The position numbers were made by a program, and so were the translations under genes. Below are positions 50,780 through 62,859 of a stretch of 64,000 bases of DNA, piece by piece. Every line of letters starts with the position of its first letter. Within the stretch, counting starts at the first letter, position 1. The notes under the pieces are model-generated. The model searched no databases. It was not told the DNA's origin and saw only the letters and a program-made list of their open reading frames with translations. This DNA comes from Octopus sinensis (taxonomy: Eukaryota), in the NCBI RefSeq assembly GCF_006345805.1, contig NC_043011.1:40932464-40996463 (forward strand). The letters are read 5' to 3'.

Positions 50780-51600
50780 GAAAAAATTACTCTAAAACAT
50801 TGGAATATCTACAGTTTTCTGTGAGTATTTTGAATTTCCCTCAAAATAAGGTAATGAACTTATGTAACAACAGATTTGGACATACAAACGAACACCTCAA
50901 AAAAAATTTAGAAACTTGAATATCTCCAATTCTGTGTGAACATTTTGTTTCCACTTCTTTCCTGACAAACAGAATATGTAAACATGCCTTTTATTGTAAC
51001 AGTACAATTAAATGCACGATAAAAAAAATGAGTAAGCACCTGCCAATATATATATATATACTGCACAATTACAAAAACAGTAAACCACAGCAAAACTTTT
51101 AAAAAGAAAAGAAAAATTCCAAAAGAAAAAGAAATTCAGAAATTCAAAAATCCTACTATTACCAAAGACTAGAATATCTACAATACCCTGTGAATATTTT
51201 AAATCTCCCTCAAAATAAGTTAGGAAACTTACATACACACAGCTTTTGAACACACAAACGATCAGCTTTAAAAAAACTCTTTAATATCTACAACTAATGT
51301 GTGACAACTTATCCTTTCCTCTCTCCCGGAGTATTCGAAAATGTAAACATCATCCCCCTTTTTATTCTAAGAACATTATCATTTCTCTCTGTGCGGTCAT
51401 ACAAAAGACCATATTTAGTAAATCTTATAACTTTACTATCTACAACTTGTTTTCTTTTCTTTTTGACTCTCCCTGGGTATTCGAAAATGTAAACATCTTT
51501 TTCTTTGCAAAATTCCTACTGTGTTAACCAACTGGACAGACAAACGAATATCTCAAGAAAACTTAAAAACTTTAATATATTAACCAAATACGTAAACACA
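50780..51600. repeat. Degenerate tandem duplications of unique AT-rich sequence
   Basis: gaatatctaca...ccctcaaaataag at about 50810 and 51175; gtattcgaaaatgtaaacatc at about 51331 and 51477. Confidence 0.6.
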
Positions 51601-51672
51601 CCTTTTATTGCAACAACACTTCAGAACTTCAAAAATTCAACGACGTGAATATCAGAATATATATAGATATGC

Positions 51673-51733
<61 letters not shown>

Positions 51734-52269
51734 TGTGTGGCTGTGTGTCTGTGTGTCTGTGTGTGCGTGCGCGCGCGCGTGTATGTATTAGTATTGTTTT
51801 ATTCTACCACTAATTACAAATAGAACTGGTTGAATTGCTTCTTTTCAAGGCAGCGCCCCCAGTAGTAGTAAACACATTTGGTAGTAGTAAACACATTTGA
51901 CCTCTGCCGACCCAAAGGGTGCAAAGAGCCTTTGTCTCTATGGCTGAGCTCCCCACCATCTGCCGAATCTGTTTACAGACCTGTAGTATAAGATCTATTA
52001 ACCAAACTGCTACCCAACCTTTCCCTCAAACAATGGTAGTGGTGGTGATGGTGACAATGATAAAAATAAAAATAATAATAATAATATGCTGCAGCTGCTA
52101 ATACTAAATACTACTAACACTACATTAACACTAGGAATCTGAGGTCCAACTACCACCCTTACCACTACCCCCACCCACTCTACTGTTGCTGTTGCTGCAA
52201 CCACTGCTGTTACTACACGTAAAAACAATAATATCAGTGATATCAGTGACGATGATAATAATAATAATG

Positions 52270-52625
52270 AAAGGAAACAGGTGGAGCCTCCTCCTTCTCC
52301 TTATGAGCTGATTAATAATACATCTAATGATAGTGTCACAATAAAAAACACTGGTAATTGTGCAACCTGATAATCGCTACCTCATATGAGTGACAATGAC
52401 ATAACAAAAATATTGTGAATAGCGTTCGTAATGAAACTGAAGCCAATGATGGTGACAGTGTTACACCCGGTAGGCTCAGAGATTCTTGTCCGGCTCCAGC
52501 CTGTCGATATCAAGAAAGCGACCACCACACACGGCGTAGATGGAGCAAGCAAACTAATGCTGTGGTCATGGGGTGTTACTACCTGAGCAGCCCATTAGAT
52601 GAAAATGGTGCTCAAATTAGGGGTT
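52270..52625 (+). mobile_element. 5' end of a further R4/Dong family
   Basis: RRRWSKQTNAVVMGCYYLSSPLDENGAQIRGY resembles the R4/Dong N-terminal domain; begins after (TAA)n and stops at (TA)n. Confidence 0.65.
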
Positions 52626-52658
52626 ATATATAGGTATATATATATATATCTATATATA

Positions 52659-52708
<50 letters not shown>

Positions 52709-52711
<3 letters not shown>

Positions 52712-53401
52712 AATATAAACAAGAAGGGTAGAAATATTAGTTACTACCAGGTGCCCAGCAACAAAAGACGAATCAGTCATAAGACAAAAATATTATTCGT
52801 ATAGAAAAATATATTCATGTAGTAATACAATTAAAGGCCCCTAAATTAGGATGCCGAGTGCTGGGAACACAAAAAGAAGATGAACTTATCGAGAGTGAAA
52901 ATCAAAAACATTTACCGATAACTTTACACCTCGGACCGATCAGTTTCTGCCTCTTTCTAGCAAAACACAGAATACGTTTGCTAAGGCTGGCTTTATCAAC
53001 GAGTCGCCTAAATTGAATCGAGGTCTGCAGCGATGTGAGAACATGTGTAGATCTCGACTACTAGCAGATCTTAACTTTTCAAATCTCTGCGCAGACGCAA
53101 AATCTACACGGCAGTATAGGGCATGCCGGGAAGAATTTTACGAATAAATTCATCATGTAAATATGCGAATATAAACAAGAAGGGTAGAAATATTAGTTAC
53201 TACCAGGTGCCCAGCACAAAAGACGAATCAGTCATAAGACAAAAATATTATTCGTATAGAAAAATATTATTCATGTAGTAATACAATTAAAGGCCCCTAA
53301 ATTAGGATGCCGAGTGCTGGGAACACAATTTTCACTCTCGATAAGTTCATCTTCTTTTTGTGTTCCCAGCACTCGGTATCCTAATTTAGGGGCCTTTAAT
53401 T
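52709..53401 (-). mobile_element. Partial-tandem element with terminal inversion (Penelope-type architecture)
   Basis: Direct repeat 52709 vs 53165 (period 456), then an inverted copy 53329-53401; (TA)n on both sides. Confidence 0.7.
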
Positions 53402-53405
53402 TTTT

Positions 53406-53493
<88 letters not shown>

Positions 53494-54007
53494 GCATATC
53501 TATCTATATATATGCATATATATATATATATTTACATATCTATATATATATTTATATATATATATATGCATATATTTACACATACAGTCGTGAGCATGTG
53601 TCTTACGTGTGTTGTGTGTGTATTTGTGTGTGTGCGTGTTTGTGCATCTTTGACCGTGGGTGGTGTACGTTTTCTTAATCTCTGTTTACATGCTTACTTG
53701 AAAGCATGCACTTGTATAGGCGTATGCCTACATATACGTATCTGTGTATCGCTATTGTCGTACAGTTCTTGAACAGTTTCGATGAATGTAGACTGCAGTG
53801 TAGATACGATTATAGAGTAAAACGGATATGCTTCAAATGAGCAATTAATACACTTCTTAAACAAGTAATAGACCCTGTAATTACTGTCACTGCCTGGCTT
53901 CATAATGGCCCCTCAACAACTAATGTAGAGGCACTCTCTTCTCTTTGACCATTTGTCGTGAAAGATCAAGCAAATCTATCAAGCAAGTTATTGTTATTAT
54001 TATTCTC

Positions 54008-54445
54008 TTTCTTTTTTTCAGTCATTTGATTGCGGCTACGCTGGAGCACCGCCTTTAGTCGAACCAATCGACCCTCATGACTTATTCTTTGTAAGCCTAG
54101 TACTTATTCGTGTGGTCTCTTTTGTCAAACTGCTAAGTTACGGGAACGTAAACAGACCAACATCGGTTGTCAAGCGATGGTGGGAGGACAAACACAGACA
54201 CACAGACATATACACACAGACACACACAAGTATATATATATATATGTATGTATGTATCTATGTATTATGTATGAATACATATACGATGGGCTTCTTTCAG
54301 TTTCCGTCAACCAAATCCACTAACAAGGCTTTGGTCGGCCCGAGGCTATAGTAGAAGACACTTGCCCAAGTTGTCACGCAGTGGAACTAAACCCGGGATC
54401 TTGTAGTTGGTAACCAGGCTACTTACCACACAGCCACTCTTACCT
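54008..54445 (-). mobile_element. SINE family A
   Basis: Both modules in reverse complement. Confidence 0.85.
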
Positions 54446-54538
54446 CTGTTATTATTATTGTTGTTGTTGCTGTTGTTGTGTGCATATAAGTAGATAGACA
54501 AACAACCGAGTAGAAATGCACACAGAAAGCCGGACGGT

Positions 54539-54580
<42 letters not shown>

Positions 54581-54581
54581 C

Positions 54582-54614
<33 letters not shown>

Positions 54615-54669
54615 GACAGATAGACAGGCAGACAGAGATAATTACATACATACATACAGACAGACAGGC

Positions 54670-54721
<52 letters not shown>

Positions 54722-55559
54722 TTTATGCTTTTTCAGTATATAATGCTGTTCAAACAGCATAATTAGTGTTTTTCTGTATTTCCAAGCTTTCAATTAAGTA
54801 TTATGAGTTCTAAATCATTGAATGCTGCTAGTAGAAGCTAAAGAGCTAAGAATAGGTAAAAAAAAAAATTGTCGATATTTAGCAAGTATGGAAATTGTGC
54901 TATACAGATGCTAAAATAGTCTGCGCCCGATCTAAAGGTGAATAATACGTGTATAATATTCCGGGCACGATGATGTTTTTAAAGAACGAGGTCAAAGTAT
55001 TGCTTCACATTGAATTTCAATATCACAAGAAGCTATGCAAAGACCATACTGAAATTGTTTTTAATGTGAATCAAAAATTGCAACCGAAATCACACGGCTA
55101 TGGAAATGAAGTTTGTCTGTTTGCAGGAACACTGCTTCCAGCAAAGCAGATAACAGTAAGAGGAAAGTAGAATTGAAGTGAAGAACTTAACAAACCGCTT
55201 TAAGGGAAATTTAATGGCTCGACAAATTTTAGCAACTAGCTGGAATCTATAATATTAGAATGATAGGGGAAAGTGCTAATGGAGAATATAGCACAGCAGC
55301 CAGACTGACAATAGTTTACAACCACGTGAATTAGCAGTTCGGCAAATAGGAATCAATAGAATATGTACCAAGCTTTAAATAAGTACTGTGGTCGATGATT
55401 TGTTCGAGTAAAAACCCTTCAAGGCAGTACCTCAGCATGGTCGTAGTCCAATGATTGAAACAAGTGAAATATAAAAGATAAATCGTACAGGAACCATATA
55501 GACAGTAGTAGAGTAACGAGGCCCACGGCTGAATTTAAAAGGAAACGAATACTGATAAT

Positions 55560-55980
55560 GTTGCACACTGGTCAAAACGCCTAGCAGCATTTGGTCCGTC
55601 CTTATGTTCTGAGTTCAAATCCCACCGAGATGGGCTTTGCCTTTCATCCTTTAGGGGTCGATAAATTAAATACCACTTGGATACTGGGGTTGGTGTAATG
55701 AACTTAGTATCTCCCCCGAAATTGCTGGCCTTCCGCCAAAATTTGAAACGAATATTTCTAATTAAGCGGTGAACTGACAGAGTAGTTTTCACACGTGTCA
55801 AAACGCTTAGCAGCATTTGGTCTGTCTTTATGTTCTGAGTTCAAATTCTGCCCAGGTCGACTTTGCCTTTCATCCTTTTCGGGGTCGATAAAATAAGTAC
55901 CTGTTGAGAACCCGGGTCGATTTAATCGACTGGCCCCCTCCTTCGAAATTGCTGGCGGCCTTGTACCAAAATTTGATGCC
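55560..55980 (+). mobile_element. Two tandem diverged SINE-B copies
   Basis: ttctgagttcaaat at about 55607 and 55833, each followed by a family B body. Confidence 0.75.
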
Positions 55981-56553
55981 AATGTTTATAATAAATGTGT
56001 TGTCTGGGAGCACGAAGGTCCTAATAATTCTCACTTGCTCGGATAAAAAAAAAGAAAGAAATTTAAACCCGAATTCAAAGTGGTCAGTGATTATCTAACC
56101 TTTTGAATAGGACAAAATACTGCCGAGATTTTAATGTAAAAATCCATTTTGCGTTATCAATCAAAACTCCGCGTCTTTTAAAGGGTTTTGCAAGCATCCC
56201 ATACCAATTTATTCAATATCATGTGGAAATGCTTCAGTTTCGAAAAGGTAGGGTTTTTTTAAGGTCGTTTCAAAAATTGTTTCTTTGTCGAAGTCGAAGG
56301 ATTTTGTAAGTTTATAAATTCAGATTCTGAAGTTTAATTAAGTATGAACAATGCTCTATGTCACTCAATTGCACCTGGTGATTTTTAATTAGTGAGTATG
56401 AGGATGTGAATGTTGTGTTAAAATTGCTTAATGCGACATTGCCTGTATGTTGGCACGTGTATTAAGTAAATATATATATATATGTATGTGTAAGTGCATG
56501 TATAACCATGCATATTTATGTATGTATATAGATAGAGAGGGAGAGAGAAAGAC

Positions 56554-56595
<42 letters not shown>

Positions 56596-56929
56596 ATAAA
56601 AACAACCAAATAAAAAGGGTAAGATTATGAGAGGCAAAAAGTAGGAAACAAACAAATAATACATGAAATCAGGGATGTAAAACAAAAGGAAGAAAAAGCG
56701 AACAACTGGTGAATTTTCACAATGAAAACTAAATGTAAAAGAAATGGAAGAGGTTATAACATTTCTGGTTATACTTACAGTTAAAAAGAAGCGAAAGTAA
56801 TGAGAGAAGTAAGAGAAAAATAATTAGAAACCATACCGAATTTACAATATCAGGTTTATTGTAGTTAGATTGTGAGGTGTCCATACGTGTTCTACAAATG
56901 TTTGCAACTACAGACAAACGTTAATATTG

Positions 56930-57415
56930 TTAGTGAGCTGACAGAATCTTTAGCACGTCGGACAAGTGCTTAGCGGCAATACTTCCGATGTTTTGTTTTG
57001 AGTTCAAATCTCAACCTTACTTTTGATTGTTTTGGGGTCAATAAAAGTACCAGTCAAGTCTTGGGGGCTGATGAATTCGACTTCGCCTCCCTCCACACAC
57101 ATACATCTCAAAATTTCTGACCTTGTGCCAAAATTAGAAAATGTAATTCGAAAAATTATAATTGTAATATGTCAGTGAAACAATTATCAAATATGTTATG
57201 TTATAATATATTATATTGGTTTCAAATTTTTGCAGAAAACCAACAAGTTCAATGAGAAGGTAGGTCGGTTACATTGACCCCAGTATTTAACTGGTACTTA
57301 TTTTATCGATTCCGAAAGAATGAAAAGCAAAGCCGTCCTCGGTGGAATTTGAACTCAGAACGTAAAGACGGACGAAATACTGCTAAGCATTTTACCCGGC
57401 GCAGTAACGATTCTA
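56930..57415. mobile_element. Two SINE-B copies, tail-to-tail (56930-57140 +, 57225-57415 -)
   Basis: gagttcaaatc on plus; ggaatttgaactcagaacgtaaagacgg on the reverse copy. Confidence 0.7.
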
Positions 57416-58175
57416 AGAATAAGTTTTCTGGCTTTCGTTGAGTAATAACATTAAATAATTAATTAATAAATGATTTTTCTTTGGATATGCATATCTCTCA
57501 TAAAATGTCTCAAAAAGAAGATACAGTAATAAGAGACGTAAGAGGAAAATAAATAGAAATGCTACCGAGTTTACAATATCTGTCTATATTGTAGGCTTAT
57601 GTTGTTAGACTGTAATACATTTAAACATTTTCCAGTAAATTCTGCAGTAAAAGACATGTGTCAACAATTTTAGAATAAAATGAAGTATTATACCAGAGAA
57701 ATGGGTACCAAATATGTTATATAATATATGTCATATACAAAGAATAACAGCTATCTGGCTTTCGCCCGGTATTCATTGAGGAATAATATAAACAAATTAA
57801 TAATCCCTGTTAAATGTCTGTAGGTATGTCTCTTACCAAATTTATCAAAGATACAGAAAAGAAATAAGAAACTACGAGGAAAAGAAATTGAAACGATATC
57901 GAAATTTTGTTGTCTGTTTATGTTGCAGGCTTAGGTAGTTAAACTTTGTACTATTGAGACATGTTGCAGCTAAAGACAGGAGTTAAAGAATAATAGAAAA
58001 AGAAAGTAACTGAAACATAACAGAGAAATGAATACCAAATAATATGTTATGCTACATTGTAATATAATATACTATACTAAGAATAACAGTTGTCTGGCTT
58101 TTGTCCGGTATTCATTGAGAAACAATGTAAACAAACTGATTACTCAATGATCTCTGTTTAATGCCTGTAGGTATG
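57415..58175. repeat. Degenerate tandem repeat, about 335-bp unit (related piece at about 56780-56900)
   Basis: aagaataa...ctggcttt at about 57415, 57741 and 58079; ctgtaggtatgt at about 57818 and 58165. Confidence 0.65.
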
Positions 58176-58539
58176 TATATTTGTGTGATAAAAACCCACA
58201 CGTTAGAAAACGACATTACATCGAAGATAAATGTTATAAAACAATAAAATGTTTTCATCTCAAAATAATTCTCAGTGTGACGGTTGTTATTGAGAAATCT
58301 TGTAACTTCGTCTCTGTTTTACTCTAATTCCTGTTCCATTGCTTCAGCTGTGTTATATTGATGGTTTTTTATAATGTGTTCGTTGTTGCGGTGGAGGTGG
58401 TAGTGGTGACTTGTGCCGTTGTAGTCGTTGCTGTTGTGAGTATTAACATTGTTCATTTTGTTGATGGTGGGTGTTGTTGTGTGGTTTGTTTCTGCTTTGG
58501 TTGTTACTGATGCGTTCGTTTCGAATGTTGCCATTGTCG

Positions 58540-58728
58540 ACCGCGTCTGTATCGTTGGCGATTTTTTTCCTCCGACTTTCCTTCCTTGGATCTTTCCTTT
58601 TCCTATGTTTCTGACGAAGAGCTCCGCTCGAAACGTTGAATCCTTCTTTCTTTCCTTTCCTGAGCGGCCAATACCACTATACTTGTTCCACGTCCTCGCG
58701 TTGTTGTGTTTTCATATTTGGATTAACT
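58540..58728 (+). mobile_element. Short Penelope-type pLTR element, family 2
   Basis: Homologous to 5022-5243. Confidence 0.65.
58607..58641 (+). ncRNA. Minimal hammerhead ribozyme motif, intact core
   Basis: gttt-CTGACGA-A-GAGC-tcc-GCTC-GAA-ACGT-T-gaat: CUGANGA and GAAA cores, 4-bp helix II, palindromic helix III. Confidence 0.6.
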
Positions 58729-58741
58729 ACAAATATACAAA

Positions 58742-59115
58742 CGCAGGAGTGGCTGTGTGGTAAGTAGTTTGCATAGTTCCGGGTTCAGTCCCACGGCGTG
58801 GAACCTTAGGCAAGTGTCTTCCACTATAGCTTTGGGCCGACCATAGTGGATTTGTTAGAGGGAAACTGAAAGAAGCCTGTTGTATATATATATATATGTG
58901 TGTGTGTGTGTATACATACATACATATATATTCATGTACATATACATATGTGTATGGTTTCTCTCAGTTTCCGTTTACTAAATCCGCTCGCAAAATTTTG
59001 GATGACTTGAAGCTATAGTAAAAGACACTTACCGAAAAAAAATGGTGCGCAGTGGGACTGAACTCAAGGCCACATAGTTTGAAGGCAAGTTCTTAACCAC
59101 ACGGCAGCGCCATCA
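58742..59115. mobile_element. Two SINE-A 5' halves converging on one TA/TG repeat (58742-58885 +, 58950-59115 -)
   Basis: Head on plus at 58742 and head reverse complement near 59100. Confidence 0.7.
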
Positions 59116-59289
59116 CCTATGTATGAGCGCGCACGTGTGTGTGTGTTTGTGTATCTATATATCTGTAGTCATAGCTGGACTGTGTTAAAACTATTTACAG
59201 GAAGTTTCTTAAACATCTCCACCGATATCCACGCTATACTACGAGCCTCATAAACACAAGCACTTTCTGAAACGCTCTGGGTTTTCTCA

Positions 59290-60350
59290 TATATTGGCTT
59301 CAACTTTTGGCACGAGGCCAGCAATTTTGGACGAGGAATAAGACGATTAAATTTTGACCCTGAAAGGATCGAAAGCAAAGTAAACTACGGTGGAATTTGA
59401 TTCCAGGATTCCCCCCCATCCCATTCCTCCCATTCATCACCCCCAAGTCGTAATTTTCCAGGTTGTTCACCTACATCTCTCCTCCTCGGAACTTTCCAGA
59501 AATCCCCCTCCTGCCCTTCCCCTTCATCTTCCCCTCTCGGAAATTTCCAAGGAGTTCCCATCCTCGAAACTTTTCAGGAAATCCCTCTCATCCTTTCCTC
59601 CCTTCATGTCCCCTATACTCAGACCTTACCACCTCTTCCTTTCTCCCTCGGAACTTTCCAGGAAGTACTGCTCCCCAGAAATTTCCAGTATGTCCTCTTC
59701 TCTTATTCCCCCTCTTCTCCTACCATTCATCACCCCTCGGAACTTTCCAGGAAGTCCTGCTTCTTGGAATTTTCTATAGTGTTCTCTTCCCCTTCATCTC
59801 TCCCTCCTCGGAGCTTTCCTGGAGTTCACTCTCGGAACTCACTGTCGGATATTTCCAGAAAGTTCTCCTCTCTTCTTCCCCTTCACCTCCCCACTTCGGA
59901 ACTTTCCAGGAATCTCGCTCCTCGGAACTTTCCAGGAAGTCACCCTCCTCCCCTTCGTTACCCCTCGGAAATTTCCAGGAAGCCCCCCCTCCTCAGAAAT
60001 TTCAAGAAAGTTCCCTTCCTCGGAACTTTCCATGAAGTCCTTCTTCCTCTTCCTCATCATCTCTCCCTCCTCGGAACTTTCCTAGAAATCCCCTTCATCT
60101 GTCCCCTAGGAACTTTCCAGGAAGTCCATCTCCTTCTCTTCATCTACTCTCTCCTCGGAAATTTCCAGGAAATACCCCTCCTTGGAACTTTCCAAGAGGT
60201 TTCACTCCTCCCCTTCCTCCGCTTCCTCTCCCCTCTCCTCAGACCTTTCCATGAAGTCCTCTCCTCTCCATCTCCCCTAAAACGTGAATATGGACAAAAT
60301 GCCGCTGAGCATTTAACTCAGTATGCTAAGAATTCTGTCATCTCACCGCT
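59290..60350 (-). mobile_element. SINE B split by a minisatellite
   Basis: Left part ends ggtggaatttga (about 59400); right part resumes aaacgtg...gacaaaatgccgctgagcattt (about 60279). Confidence 0.65.
59405..60278. repeat. Pyrimidine-rich minisatellite with core CTCGGAACTTTCCAGGAAG
   Basis: About 12 exact GGAACTTTCC/GGAAATTTCC cores plus about 8 degenerate ones, with variable C/T spacers (counted by eye). Confidence 0.9.
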
Positions 60351-60364
60351 TTTTAGTTTTTCTA

Positions 60365-60575
60365 TATTTCGGTTTCAAATTTTGGCCTGCAATTTAGGAG
60401 GGGTTAAATCGATTACACTCACCCCAGTGCACAACTGGAACTTATTTTATTGACCTGAAAAGGATGAAAGATAAAGAAAACTTCGGTGGAGTTTGAACGC
60501 AGAACGTGAAGATCAACAAAATGCGGCTAAACATTTCGCCCGGTGTGCTAACGATTCTGCCAGCCCGCCGCTTTC
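60365..60575 (-). mobile_element. SINE family B
   Basis: Ends gattctgccagcccgccgc. Confidence 0.8.
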
Positions 60576-61226
60576 CAGTTTTCTTCAATATTCCAATAGA
60601 AAAATGCTTTGTCTTAGTAGTACCAGATGTATTGTCAAATACAGAGCCGTGTTCCTTCGCTTTTATTGAGTTTAACGCCCATGGGATTTCTCATTGTTAC
60701 TTTTTCTATAAGAGTGAGCTGAACTTTTATGGAGAAAACCTTCAGAGAACTCCCTACTAGTGTGAGAACGCTCAGCTTCAAAGCCGGAGAGATCAGGAGG
60801 AATAGTAACAACAAAGTGAAGGGTAGAGGGAGGTTGAACGAAGGGGAGTTGAGATGAGAAGGCGTGATGGAGGCGATGGGAGGTGGGGAGAGAGAGAGGA
60901 GGACGAAGCGGTAGGTGGGGCTGGAAGAAAGTGTATGCGAGGGTGGGACACGATGAAAGGGCAATTGAAGTTGGTTGTGTTTAGTGCGAGCAAGAATGTG
61001 GAAAAGGCGGTTGAGATGGAGAAGGAAACAAAGAATAGAATGAGCAGCGAAGGGTTCAGTGCGAGGAGATGGAGTAAGCAAGAGAGAGAAAGCTGTCAAG
61101 GGTCAATGATGGCACGCAAACAGCGGTAGGAAGTGACGCGGAGGATGAGTAAGATGGTAGGAGCAGAATGGAAGGTAGGGGGAAATGGAGGTGAAACGCC
61201 TACATATATATATATATATATTATAT

Positions 61227-61269
<43 letters not shown>

Positions 61270-61270
<1 letters not shown>

Positions 61271-61412
61271 TCTCTTTTTATTTCCTCTTATTCCTTTCTG
61301 TTAAAGAGCGTAGGCTCGAAACGTAAGACTTCATTTTTCCTGAACGTTAAATTAATACACTTTCTTGTTCATACACCTGTCTTCATCTTCTGTTTTTTCG
61401 TAAATTTCAACT
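61270..61412 (+). mobile_element. Short Penelope-type pLTR element, family 1
   Basis: cttt-CTGTTAA-A-GAGC-gtag-GCTC-GAAACGT-A (61294-61325); flanked by (TA)n and (CT)n. Confidence 0.55.
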
Positions 61413-61432
61413 CTCTCTTTCTCTTTCTCTCT

Positions 61433-61524
<92 letters not shown>

Positions 61525-61672
61525 TGGAACCTCGGAAGTAGTAATTATCCAACCGAGGTGTTTACCGCAGGCTACTCTTCAGGCCAAGGGTATCTTCATT
61601 ATATGATTATAAGCTTACATTGCCGTTAGGAGACCCATATTAACACACAGAAGATTCGATCGTATTTATATT

Positions 61673-61735
<63 letters not shown>

Positions 61736-61994
61736 TAGGGGTTGTAAATTCAACCCTCCATGGATAACATATATCCAATATACTGCTAGAGAAGTACCCA
61801 ACAAAGCTAATACATAAATGTTAATTATTTTTACCATAAATTAATAATACAAAATAAGAAAATGGAGAAATATATCTAAATCATTCATCAACTATCAGAT
61901 AATACCGAATAATATACTTTATTAAAACACTACACAAGAGCATTAAGATTAGACATTAATACAGTACAATAATTACAATCAATATAATGAGATA

Positions 61995-62037
<43 letters not shown>

Positions 62038-62809
62038 GTATTTTTCACCAGCTTCAATAACTGCACATTTCTTTACATTTCTTTACAAAATAAGCTTACG
62101 AGAACCATGTCATATTTGAAAGTATCCAAACTACTAAAGTGAAGCCACGAAAGCCTCCCTGTCGTACTGATATCTTTGTAGACCTGCCTGATCTTTTCCT
62201 TGAACACTGAACCTGAAATTGGCATACATTCAAATCACTTTGCTCTAAATAACTTAAATAACACTAGATTAAGTTCTGAAAATTCTGATTTTTTTTTTAA
62301 TGTTTACTACACATCAGTATATTTAGAACTTTCTGATTCGCTCATATATTCTATTAACTGGTCACTTTCTTCCTAAATATCATAATTTGAGGAAGAAAAT
62401 CTATTTTATATGCGAAGCAACATGGCATTCAGCTTTCCAGTTCTTTCCAAACGTCGAAATAATTCAATTTTCAAGTGCAATGTTAGAGTTGCATGCTTTC
62501 TTTACTACCTTTTCGTAACATTGTTACCTTTGTTAACATAGGAAACCATTTTCAATAATGGATGGATAGTATAAATGTAGATAAAGGCACAAACAAAACA
62601 CTTTGGAGTCGGTCACCGTTCTTTTCCATTTGAATGTAAACAATAGCTAAGGGCGCCGGCAGCCATTGATGGAAAATGAGAAAAAAAGAGAGCAGCGCAA
62701 AAGATCGCTGGAAAACCGCGTCGATTGGAAAACAGGATATAGAATCCATGGAGCGTTACTACAACTGCCTATCTATCTATCTGCTCTTTCTCTTTCTCTC
62801 TCTCTCTCT

Positions 62810-62859
<50 letters not shown>

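Noticed and set aside
56103-56309. 68-aa ORF with a possible donor AAG|GTAGGG
   Set aside because: No recognisable homology and no convincing acceptor.
56780-58175. Resemblance of agaaaccatacc and cagagaaatg to C2H2 zinc-finger linkers
   Set aside because: No 84-bp periodicity, no C-x2-C or H-x3-H pattern, and many stops.
59390-60453. Overlapping 129-229 aa P/S/L/F-rich ORFs, and a CRISPR-like look
   Set aside because: The ORFs arise from the C/T-rich minisatellite. Spacers are low-complexity and variable in length, there are no cas genes, and the context is eukaryotic.
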